41,088 nucleotides of DNA, from NCBI GenBank assembly GCA_016180285.1, contig JACPBO010000010.1, positions 1 to 41,088 on the forward strand, given 5' to 3'. Shown one piece after another: positions 10,370 through 18,354 of the stretch; positions within the stretch are counted from its first letter, which is position 1, and every line of letters begins with the position of its first letter. Origin of the DNA: Candidatus Woesearchaeota archaeon. GTDB lineage: Archaea > Nanobdellota > Nanobdellia > Woesearchaeales > JACPBO01. A model generated the notes under the pieces. It did no database searches. It was not told where the DNA came from and saw only the letters and a program-made list of their open reading frames with translations. Made by a program: the position numbers and the translations under genes.

Positions 10370-10687
10370 TTATTTTTTAAATTCTCCTTCCGGCTTCATT
10401 GTAATTGCTTTTACAGGGCACACTTGGCTGCATACTCCACATCCCTTGCAGTACCTGAAATCCGTGCCTAGGCGCTTTGCTCCTGTTTTTTTATCTTTAA
10501 CAACAATTATGCACATATCAGGGCAGTGCTGCGCGCAGATCATATCCTGGTTGCATTTAGATGCATCATAAACAGGCCTTTCTGCCCTCCATGATCCGGT
10601 TTCTTCTTTTAAGGTTGAGCCTGGCTCTAAAACTATGCCGCCAATCGGCATTTCCTTGCTCGACATTAGCTTAGTTTTTTGCTTCAT
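10370..10687 (-). CDS. porD: Pyruvate:ferredoxin oxidoreductase delta subunit (2x[4Fe-4S]); alternative start 10666
   Basis: TGSWRAERP; CNQDMICAQHCP (first cluster motif has Asp in place of the second Cys); YCKGCGVCSQVCP. Confidence 0.92.
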   Translation of the reverse strand: MKQKTKLMSSKEMPIGGIVLEPGSTLKEETGSWRAERPVYDASKCNQDMICAQHCPDMCIIVVKDKKTGAKRLGTDFRYCKGCGVCSQVCPVKAITMKPEGEFKK

Positions 10688-11228
10688 TAAAACCTCTTGC
10701 TACAGCATTTATGTTCGCATTAGTTTTTTCTTCTCCTAATTTTTTCAAAAAATAATCCTTTATTTTTTTGTTTATGTTTTCAAGGCTTACAATGCTTGTT
10801 GCCTTGATCAACGCCCCCAACAACGGCGTATTCGGCTTATTTGCTTTTATCGCTTCAAAAGCAATCTTTGTTGCATCCAATGTGAATATTTTTCCTTTGA
10901 ATTCTGTTAAATTTTTTATTTCTGCAGGATTTTTATTTGTGTTTACAATCAAAATGCCATTTTCCTTTAAGCCTTCGGCAACATCAATCTGCTCGATAAA
11001 GTAAGGGTCTATAACCATTACAACATCCGGGTTGAGCACAGGCGAATAATCCCTGATCTTTTTATCTGAAATTCTTACATAAGACTTCATTGGAGCCCCC
11101 ATTCTTTCTGCGCCGTATTCCGGGAATGCCTGCACAAACTTCCCTTTTTCCATTGCAGCCTCTGCTATGAACTGGGCTGCTGATTTTGCGCCCTGCCCTG
11201 CTCTGGCGTGGATTCTTATTTCGATCAT
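10671..11228 (-). CDS. porC: Pyruvate:ferredoxin oxidoreductase gamma subunit
   Basis: MIEIRIHARAGQG, QAFPEYGAERMGAP, PNTPLLGA. Confidence 0.95.
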   Translation of the reverse strand: MIEIRIHARAGQGAKSAAQFIAEAAMEKGKFVQAFPEYGAERMGAPMKSYVRISDKKIRDYSPVLNPDVVMVIDPYFIEQIDVAEGLKENGILIVNTNKNPAEIKNLTEFKGKIFTLDATKIAFEAIKANKPNTPLLGALIKATSIVSLENINKKIKDYFLKKLGEEKTNANINAVARGFNEAKN

Positions 11229-11283
11229 TTTTATTGTGTAGAAAAAGGATTTCTTAAGTTTTTAAATGTTGTGAATTCGAAAA

Positions 11284-12342
11284 TTAAATGTTCTTTTTTT
11301 GTTTTGATCTTTTTATGATTTTTATTAACCCTTCATTTGCATTAACTTCTATTAAGTCGCCATCTTTTAAAACTTGTGTAGCTATCTTAGTTCCGATAAT
11401 ACATGGTTTTTTCATTTCTCGTGCAACAATTGCTGCATGCGAGATAATACCGCCTTCATCAGCAACAAAAGCGGCTGCTTTGTGCATTGCTGTTAGAAAA
11501 TCAGGGGCTGTTGTTGGCGCTATTAGGATTTCACCTCGCTTCATTAAAGACAGTTGTTTTCTGCTAATAATCACTCTTGCTTTGCCGCATATAATGCCCT
11601 TATAAGCTGCCTGGCCCCTGATTTTATTTATTCTAACTTTTCGGGGTCTTTCTATGCTAATCTTGAATTTGCTCTCGATATCTTCAATTTTTGCACTGAC
11701 AAATAGGGTCTTGTTTGTATAAAAATATCCTTTCAATCTTTTTTCAAGTTTTTTTTGTGATGGCATTCTGCCTGAAATTGCTTCATCTAACAAAATAACG
11801 TCAACATAACTTGTTAATTTAGGATATGCATGTTTAATGGATTTTCTGATTACTGCATCAGAACCAGCACCGATCAATTCTCCTTCTTTACGGGCTTGCA
11901 ATAAGGGCGATAGTTCTTTTGTTCTGCCTTCTTCTTCCAGTAAATCTATTGCCCACCACAACGCTCCAAACCACGGCCATGATGCACGCACTCTAGAAGT
12001 AAATTTTTTAAGCGACTTGAGATCAAGTATGCTCTCTTTTTTCAAAATATATTGTATTGGTTTGATAATATTCAAAAAATTTTTAGCAACAAAAAAGGTA
12101 TAAGCCCCATCCTTATTCATCATGCGTCTAATTTTATTTTTTGTCCATCTTATGCCATTATGATTCATATAACAGACTACAGCATCGTTTTTTCTCTGAA
12201 AAATTATGTAAGGCATGAAAGGCTGTTCTTCTTTAGCCCACTGTCTTGGATCGGTGCTTTCACCAGCGCACCAAAGTTCAACCATGCCCAATGAAAAATC
12301 TCTTGTAAATGTCTTTTTGTATACTTGTTTTGATCTGACCAT
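11284..12342 (-). CDS. Stand-alone PEP-utilising enzyme mobile (phospho-His swivel) domain protein
   Basis: C-terminal GEILIAPTTAPDF...DEGGIISHAAIVAREMKKPCIIGTKIATQVLKDGDLIEVNANEG; no ATP-grasp or TIM-barrel domain visible. Confidence 0.85.
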   Translation of the reverse strand: MVRSKQVYKKTFTRDFSLGMVELWCAGESTDPRQWAKEEQPFMPYIIFQRKNDAVVCYMNHNGIRWTKNKIRRMMNKDGAYTFFVAKNFLNIIKPIQYILKKESILDLKSLKKFTSRVRASWPWFGALWWAIDLLEEEGRTKELSPLLQARKEGELIGAGSDAVIRKSIKHAYPKLTSYVDVILLDEAISGRMPSQKKLEKRLKGYFYTNKTLFVSAKIEDIESKFKISIERPRKVRINKIRGQAAYKGIICGKARVIISRKQLSLMKRGEILIAPTTAPDFLTAMHKAAAFVADEGGIISHAAIVAREMKKPCIIGTKIATQVLKDGDLIEVNANEGLIKIIKRSKQKKNI

Positions 12343-12355
12343 TTTAAGATAATAA

Positions 12356-13405
12356 TTACTTCAAACTCGACAAGTACCTTATCGCCCCCAGCGCAGCTTT
12401 TGCGCCTTCTCCTGCTGCTACAACGATCTGCTTTTCCGGCGTATTTGTAACGTCGCCTGCTGCAAAGATCCCGGGAATATTTGTTTTTGCTGACTGATCT
12501 ATGATTATTTCTCCGAACTCATTCTTTTTGGCGATATTTGCAAAATCTGTTTCAGGAACAAGCCCGATTTCAATGAAAACGCCCTGAACAGCAATAATTT
12601 TTATTTTGTCAAGAACCACATCAGAGATAGGTGGAATGTTGTTGCTATTCATAGCATCAGGTGGTTCTTGAGCATGCTCGGAAATTTTCCGCAATCTGAA
12701 ATTGATTGGCTTTCTGCCACCAGTTTTAAACTGGTGGAAAATTTCCGACATTTTATCCTGCTCTAACTTGATCCCTTTTACAAATTTATCCCCAAAAATC
12801 TCAACTGTTTTTGAATTATTCAAAACAGCCACTTTCTTGTTTTTTTCAATTTTCTGCCTTAATACTTCCTCTCCGCCAAGCTCGCCTGTTATATTGATCA
12901 TATAAATTTTATTTGCATACTTTGTAAGCTGCAATGCTGCATCTAATGCAGAATTCCCTCCGCCAATAACTGCCACGTCTTTTCCGGAAAACAAAGGGGC
13001 ATCGCATACTGCGCAATAAGTCACGCCTTTCCCCCTGAATTCCTTTTCACCAGGAACATTGAGCATCCTTGGCTTTTTGCCTGATGCTATAATGACTGTT
13101 TTTGCCTGATACTTTTTGCTGCTCTTTGCTTCAACTTCAAAAATGCTGTTTGGCTTTCTCAGCTCAACAATTTCATCAGTAATGATCTGCACATTATACT
13201 TTTTAACATGCTCTTCAAACTTTTGCGTAAGCTCTGCGCCAGTTATGAATTGGTAGCCAATGTAATTCTCAACATCAGATGACCATACTGCCTGGCCGCC
13301 AATGTCTTTTGAAATAATGAGAAAATCCAGCTTGTTTCGGGCTGCATAAACAGCAGCGCTCATTCCTGCTGGCCCAGCTCCGATTATGATAAGGTCATGT
13401 ACCAT
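12356..13405 (-). CDS. trxB: Thioredoxin-disulfide reductase (TrxB/AhpF-like) carrying a 48-aa in-frame insertion
   Basis: IIGAGPAG FAD site, GVTYCAVCD redox CxxC, VIGGGNSA NAD(P)H site, GIFAAGDV. Confidence 0.9.
   Translation of the reverse strand: MVHDLIIIGAGPAGMSAAVYAARNKLDFLIISKDIGGQAVWSSDVENYIGYQFITGAELTQKFEEHVKKYNVQIITDEIVELRKPNSIFEVEAKSSKKYQAKTVIIASGKKPRMLNVPGEKEFRGKGVTYCAVCDAPLFSGKDVAVIGGGNSALDAALQLTKYANKIYMINITGELGGEEVLRQKIEKNKKVAVLNNSKTVEIFGDKFVKGIKLEQDKMSEIFHQFKTGGRKPINFRLRKISEHAQEPPDAMNSNNIPPISDVVLDKIKIIAVQGVFIEIGLVPETDFANIAKKNEFGEIIIDQSAKTNIPGIFAAGDVTNTPEKQIVVAAGEGAKAALGAIRYLSSLK
12607..12750. repeat. 144-bp palindromic (double-hairpin) element inserted in frame in trxB
   Basis: TGTC...GACA ends; inverted repeat 12609-12619/12661-12671; central palindrome GAGCATGCTC 12670-12679; inverted repeat 12678-12690/12736-12748; inner hairpin 12717-12737; excision restores QDKKIKIIAVQGVF. 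Confidence 0.85.
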
Positions 13406-13490
13406 GTTAAAAGAACAGAGGCTCGATAGTTTTTAAATATTGCGTTTATATCTGCATTCTAAAATGCACAAATAAAAAAAGAAATAAAAA

Positions 13491-14312
13491 TCAATAGTAG
13501 CCTCCGCCTGTGCTTACTCCTGCAGATGTACTTGAGCCAGCAGATGAAGCAGAACTTCCGCTTGCACTGCTGCTTGATTTGGCTTGTTCGCTGACAAGGG
13601 CTCCGATCTTTATTTTTCCGCCTTCGATTGACAGCACCTCATTCAGCCCGATTTTCAATCCGACACCTACATTTCCGTCGATGTCCATTCCGACCTTAGT
13701 TTTTGTAATTGTTTTTCCTAACTTAATTTCCACTTTATTATCGGATTTTACTTCTACATCTGCTTTTTCCTTGGTTTCAAGCTCTACAACAGGGGCCAGG
13801 ATATACTCGCCATTCCCGGTTAAATGAAGGGACTCGTCTGCCATGAAGTCAAATGTTGCTGTTGATGTTGAGCTTGCATCAATTACAAGATTTCCTAAAA
13901 TCTTCAGTTCGCCTGACGGCAGCTTGGCTTCATGCTCTCCGGATGCATCCATAACAACAACTTTTGAAATATGCAGGCGGACTTGCTCATAAATTCCCGG
14001 CTTTAGGCTTATATCTGCCAAAAGCTCCTGGCTTCCTTCTGCTTTCAGCTTAAGAAGGTCATATGTCTTCTGCGCTGATAAAACAGTTGCCCATCCTTCT
14101 GCCGCGCTATGCACGCTTACCTCGTCAATAGTAATTTTTATGCTTGTAACTGCCTTCATGTCTGCAGCAGCATCTGTTATTGCAAAAACAGCTCTGCCTT
14201 CTTCAGTTTGCTTCGGCGGAATTACACCGGTTGCCGGCTCTTGCGGCAATTGCTGACAAGCAGCCAGAAATAAAACCATCACCGAAAGCAAACCTATTAT
14301 TTCTTTGCCCAT
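13491..14312 (-). CDS. DUF4382-like lipoprotein with Ser/Gly-rich tail
   Basis: LAAC lipobox; FAITDA, YDLLKL, PGIYEQVRL, KLPSGELK and DFMADESL match the DUF4382 pattern. Confidence 0.8.
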   Translation of the reverse strand: MGKEIIGLLSVMVLFLAACQQLPQEPATGVIPPKQTEEGRAVFAITDAAADMKAVTSIKITIDEVSVHSAAEGWATVLSAQKTYDLLKLKAEGSQELLADISLKPGIYEQVRLHISKVVVMDASGEHEAKLPSGELKILGNLVIDASSTSTATFDFMADESLHLTGNGEYILAPVVELETKEKADVEVKSDNKVEIKLGKTITKTKVGMDIDGNVGVGLKIGLNEVLSIEGGKIKIGALVSEQAKSSSSASGSSASSAGSSTSAGVSTGGGYY

Positions 14313-14335
14313 CTAAACCACCTTTTGTTTTATAT

Positions 14336-14521
14336 TTATTTTCTCTTTATGACTGATTTCAGTTTTTTAACCATTCCCGGGTCTTTAAGCTCTTTTTCTG
14401 TATAGCCATGCACCGCCTTTCCATGCTCTGTTACTTTTGACATCAAAGCCCCCATGCTGCGCGCGGTTGCTGTATAGCTGCAGTCCATACCCAGATTACT
14501 GCACGATATTTCGTATGTCAT
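14336..14521 (-). CDS. DUF1059-family small predicted metal-binding protein
   Basis: MTYEISCSNLGMDCSYTATA...EHGKAVHG; RBS GGAGGTGA upstream of ATG 14521. Confidence 0.85.
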   Translation of the reverse strand: MTYEISCSNLGMDCSYTATARSMGALMSKVTEHGKAVHGYTEKELKDPGMVKKLKSVIKRK

Positions 14522-14706
14522 TTTACTCACCTCCAAATTTATCTTTACAGGCGCCATTAAAATTAAGTTCCATGAAGCCTGTTCTTCAGCAAATCAAGCT
14601 CTATTTGCTCTACAATATTTGTTCTGTTGAACAAACTGTCAAGCTCGTGTTCTATTGCCTCAAAATCAAAACACCTTCCTTTTTGGCAAACAATCTCTCG
14701 GGTCAT

Positions 14707-14928
14707 TTATCTCACCTCCCGTTTTAGAATTAACGATTCGTTTATTTTTCTGATTAAAGCATTAATATCTGCCTTGTTGGCTGCTGCAGCCTGCTCCAGA
14801 GTTTCCCATGTTGCGACATGGCAGCCAATGCACTGTATGCCGTAATCCAGCATTATTTCTATTGATTCGGGATATTTCTTTACAACATCCCCGATCAGCA
14901 TTTCTTTTGTAACCGGATCTTTTGGCAT
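14707..14928 (-). CDS. DUF1858 (hybrid-cluster-associated redox disulfide) domain protein
   Basis: VTKEMLIGDVVKKYPE...YGIQCIGCHVATWETLEQAA. Confidence 0.88.
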   Translation of the reverse strand: MPKDPVTKEMLIGDVVKKYPESIEIMLDYGIQCIGCHVATWETLEQAAAANKADINALIRKINESLILKREVR

Positions 14929-15068
14929 TTTGTCTAGCACCTAACAAGGTTATATCTGGAAAATATATAAATCTAATTACTTTGAAATATAAGTAAATAT
15001 CATTAAAATATTCTAAATAAAAGGAAAAGTTTATAAATATAGGCTTATTACTAATATATTATAAGAAA

Positions 15069-15629
15069 ATGAAAAACAATAACCTGTTCATGAAATTGGA
15101 AGACTTCAAGAAAAAAACCCAGTTCAACGAGCAGCTGGGCCTTGATGACAGGGATAATACGATTCTGTCTTTAATCCAGAAAAATCCGGATGTATCGCAG
15201 GATGAGATTGCAAAAAAAATAAAGCTCTCCCAGCCTTCAATCGGGGCAAGAATAAAAAAACTCAGGCAAAAAGGGATCTTGCACAGCATAAGCGGAGTGA
15301 ATTTCAGAATAGTTGACCTGAGCCTTGCAAAGGTGGATGTGAATGCGACTGACACAACAGCCATCATTAATGAATTCAAGGACTGCCCATTCTTCATTAA
15401 TGCTCTAATCACTTCAGGAAGGCATAATCTCTGCCTTTTTTTCATGGCAACTGACCTCAAAAGGCTTGAGGGCATAGTCAATCATCATCTAAGGGGAAAC
15501 CCGAAAGTGAAAGATATTGAGCTGAATATAGTGATATCAACTGCAAAAGATCTTGTCCTGCCGCTCAACATAGATTATGAGAACAAAGCGCAGATTGACT
15601 GCAACCAGGAATGCAGGAATTGCGTATAA
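15069..15629 (+). CDS. Lrp/AsnC-family transcriptional regulator with C-terminal Cys cluster
   Basis: LDDRDNTILSLIQKNP..SQDEIAKKIKLSQPSIGARIKKL HTH; RAM-like domain ITSGRHNL; ends DCNQECRNCV. Confidence 0.9.
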   Translation: MKNNNLFMKLEDFKKKTQFNEQLGLDDRDNTILSLIQKNPDVSQDEIAKKIKLSQPSIGARIKKLRQKGILHSISGVNFRIVDLSLAKVDVNATDTTAIINEFKDCPFFINALITSGRHNLCLFFMATDLKRLEGIVNHHLRGNPKVKDIELNIVISTAKDLVLPLNIDYENKAQIDCNQECRNCV

Positions 15630-15688
15630 AAAGAAAACATAATTGCCAATAGAAATATTTATTAACTAAATTACCGAAGGTTTCATTT

Positions 15689-16411
15689 ATGGCATGGTAC
15701 AGCTTCATTTTACCTGTTTTGAATGCAGCCTGGATCTTTTTGATCTGGATCTGGCAGTTCTTTCTGGTATGGATCGGCATATTTGGAGCATATTTCACAA
15801 ACTTCAATCTTTTATGGATAGGCATTCCTGTATTTTTGAGCTGGTTTTTTGCTGAATTTTTCCAGGAGAAGAGAGGGACATCTTTGGGCAATGCGATTTC
15901 AAACGGAGTTATTCCATTATGGGTGGGGATAGACTGGGCAAGAACGCTTTTTTTAATGCTTGAAAAAAAAGAGATGGTTCTGGGCGTTTATTTTTTCCTT
16001 AAATTATTTTTGGCAGCCCTGATGTTTGCTTACGGCATCTGGATAATTATTGAAGGGCTGAAGGCTAAAAAGATGATACATTTCATAGGAAGAGTTCGTG
16101 TTGTAACTTATTTTGCGCTTGTTTTCACGCCGATATTTTATGACAAAGTAAAGCCGACATGGCAGGTTTTCATTTCAATAGCCTTGTTTTTCCCGCTCTT
16201 TTATTATTTGATTGAACTAATAGACAAGATAACCCCGAATCCCGAGTCAATTAAAGAAGAGGGGAATATGGAGAAAATGCCTTTTGAAGGCGAAGAAGAG
16301 CTGCCGCAGATGGGACGGGAAAATCCAAATATGAGACCTTTAATGCCCACAAACCCTTATTTCCAGCATCCGACACAGCCAGCAAGCATGAGAGAAAGAT
16401 TGTTTCCTTAA
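15689..16411 (+). CDS. Hypothetical polytopic membrane protein
   Basis: About six hydrophobic segments, Pro/Met-rich cytoplasmic tail; TATA-like upstream. Confidence 0.75.
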   Translation: MAWYSFILPVLNAAWIFLIWIWQFFLVWIGIFGAYFTNFNLLWIGIPVFLSWFFAEFFQEKRGTSLGNAISNGVIPLWVGIDWARTLFLMLEKKEMVLGVYFFLKLFLAALMFAYGIWIIIEGLKAKKMIHFIGRVRVVTYFALVFTPIFYDKVKPTWQVFISIALFFPLFYYLIELIDKITPNPESIKEEGNMEKMPFEGEEELPQMGRENPNMRPLMPTNPYFQHPTQPASMRERLFP

Positions 16412-16457
16412 GTCATAATGTTAGGATCAATTTTTAGAAACTTGTCCATATCTGTTT

Positions 16458-17183
16458 TTAAAAGTGTGCTTTTTTCCAGAATACATCAAATATTTTTTTA
16501 TAGGATTCTGCTGCCTGTTTACTCACTATCAAAACAGCAAATGGCGGATTTGCATTCCAAATTACAATCAGGACTTTATCATCATAGATAAAAGTATCAG
16601 TTGGGAAATATGTCAAGGGATAAAATTTTATTGCTCCAGAAGTTATTTTTAGAATATCTTTTCTTTTTTTAAACTCCTCATCATATATTATCAATGATTT
16701 TATCTTATTCCTTTCCTTTTCTTTTTGATAAAGATCATAATAAGGGCCTATTGTATCCGCCATATTCCCGGAAGCAAATGCGCAATAAGTTCCTTTTGGG
16801 GAAAGCTCTTTTAGCATATTCTGCAGGGCGGATTTTAAACCTCTGACTCCTTCATAAATAGAAACTTGCTGTTTTGCTTTTGCTATTTCCCTCTTCAGGC
16901 TTAATTCTGGCAGTAAAGATTTAGCTAATTCTTCTTTTTCTTTGAGAAAATCCAATAACCTATTGGGATCACTAGCTTGGAAATACTTCCTGTTTTCCTT
17001 AATAACAAATGTCGCAAGGCCTTTTTTGATAAGGCGTTCTAAAGCATCATAAATAAGAACACGATGCAAACTTGTTTTTTTGACTATGGCTCCTGTTTTA
17101 GTTTCACCTATCTCTAATAGAGCCGTATAAGTCAATGCCTCATTATGCGTTAACCCTAATTCTTCAAGTTTTGCTGCATCCAT
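16458..17183 (-). CDS. TrmB-family HTH transcriptional regulator
   Basis: LEELGLTHNEALTYTALLEIG...VLIYDALERLIKKGL; VSIYEGVRG; PLD-like C-terminus TFIYDDKV...YKKIFDVFW. Confidence 0.9.
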   Translation of the reverse strand: MDAAKLEELGLTHNEALTYTALLEIGETKTGAIVKKTSLHRVLIYDALERLIKKGLATFVIKENRKYFQASDPNRLLDFLKEKEELAKSLLPELSLKREIAKAKQQVSIYEGVRGLKSALQNMLKELSPKGTYCAFASGNMADTIGPYYDLYQKEKERNKIKSLIIYDEEFKKRKDILKITSGAIKFYPLTYFPTDTFIYDDKVLIVIWNANPPFAVLIVSKQAAESYKKIFDVFWKKAHF

Positions 17184-17224
17184 GTTCAGGTAGATGATTC
17201 AGCCCGTATTTAAATCTTTCTACA

Positions 17225-17247
17225 TTGTTATCAAATATTTATAACAA
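17225..17247. promoter_or_regulatory. Near-perfect palindrome between back-to-back TATA boxes; candidate regulator operator
   Basis: TTGTTAT-C-AAATATTT-ATAACAA lies between GAAAGATTTAAATA (minus strand) and AAAGATTTATAT (plus strand). Confidence 0.5.
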
Positions 17248-17291
17248 AGATTTATATGGCGAATATACACTACTACTTAATTGTGATTAAA

Positions 17292-17759
17292 ATGATGAAA
17301 GAGTATAATGACCGGGAACCAAGTAAAAGTAAATTCGGAACAGATATAACCGAATTAGTTAGGTCTATTCCCCTCGATAGGTTAGTGGGAAAAATAATTG
17401 TAACTGGAACTTACACCCCTTACAGAGAGGGTATGACAAGAGGTGATTTCGATAAACCTGAGAAAATAGGATTATCCACAATAAATATTGAAGAAGTAAT
17501 ATCTGCATTGCAGAAAATAGAACCGCAATATTTTCATTTTCAAGCTTCTTTTTTTTATTGGTATTACAGACCTATAGTAAGCTTGTCGACTGAAGAAGCA
17601 AAAGTTAGTAGTATACGCAAATTGTTAGGGCGCGAAGAAAACTATGAACATATAATATCTGTAGTCAGATGCTATTTTGCTGCTGATCTTTATAGTGGAG
17701 AAGCAAAAGGTGAACCCAAAAAGCATGATGAAATGACTGTAAAATATTTTCTTAAATAA
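17292..17759 (+). CDS. Hypothetical protein
   Basis: Open frame (track start 17256); ATG 17292 fits the TATA box near 17251 better; no family recognised. Confidence 0.55.
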   Translation: MMKEYNDREPSKSKFGTDITELVRSIPLDRLVGKIIVTGTYTPYREGMTRGDFDKPEKIGLSTINIEEVISALQKIEPQYFHFQASFFYWYYRPIVSLSTEEAKVSSIRKLLGREENYEHIISVVRCYFAADLYSGEAKGEPKKHDEMTVKYFLK

Positions 17760-17850
17760 CTTTATTTTCTCAGTAATCTTTATAAATAAACACGCAATTC
17801 TCTGCATTGCTGAGGCTATAATGTGAATGTTATAGTTCTCGGGAGGAAAA

Positions 17851-18345
17851 ATGGACATAAAACTAACAATAAGCGACTCTAAGACTGGAAAGTCTTACAA
17901 GAGAGAGCTGAAAGGGCAGGATTCTAAGGTGCTGATCGGCAAGAAGATCGGCGACATTGTAAAGGGCGACAACATTGGATTTAGCGGCTATGAGTTCCAG
18001 GTAACAGGCGGCTCTGATGACTGCGGATTTCCTATGAGAAGAGATGTTGAAGGGATCACCAAAAGAAAAATCTACACTGTAAAGAGCAAGGGAATCAGAG
18101 TCGGGGAAAAGGGCATCAAGATCAGAAAAACAGTTGCCGGCAACACAGTCGGAATCAAAACTTCCCAGGTGAATCTGAAAATCACAAAAGAAGGAAATGA
18201 AAAGTTTGCTGAAGAGAAGAAAGAAGGCGAAGAAGCGGCAAAGGAAGAAAAACCGGCTGAGGTAAAGAAAGAAGAAGAAAAGCCTGCTGATGTAAAAGAA
18301 AAGAAAGTTGAACATAAAGAAGAAAAAACTGAAGAAAAGAAATAA
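17851..18345 (+). CDS. rps6e: 30S ribosomal protein S6e with Glu/Lys-rich C-terminal tail
   Basis: LIGKKIGD, GYEFQVTGGSDDCGFPMRRDV, RKTVAGN, QVNLKI; GGAGG RBS. Confidence 0.95.
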   Translation: MDIKLTISDSKTGKSYKRELKGQDSKVLIGKKIGDIVKGDNIGFSGYEFQVTGGSDDCGFPMRRDVEGITKRKIYTVKSKGIRVGEKGIKIRKTVAGNTVGIKTSQVNLKITKEGNEKFAEEKKEGEEAAKEEKPAEVKKEEEKPADVKEKKVEHKEEKTEEKK

Positions 18346-18354
18346 AAACTTAAC

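Noticed and set aside
12607..12750. Intein in trxB
   Set aside because: Only 48 aa, with no N-terminal Cys/Ser block and no C-terminal His-Asn; the DNA palindromes explain it better
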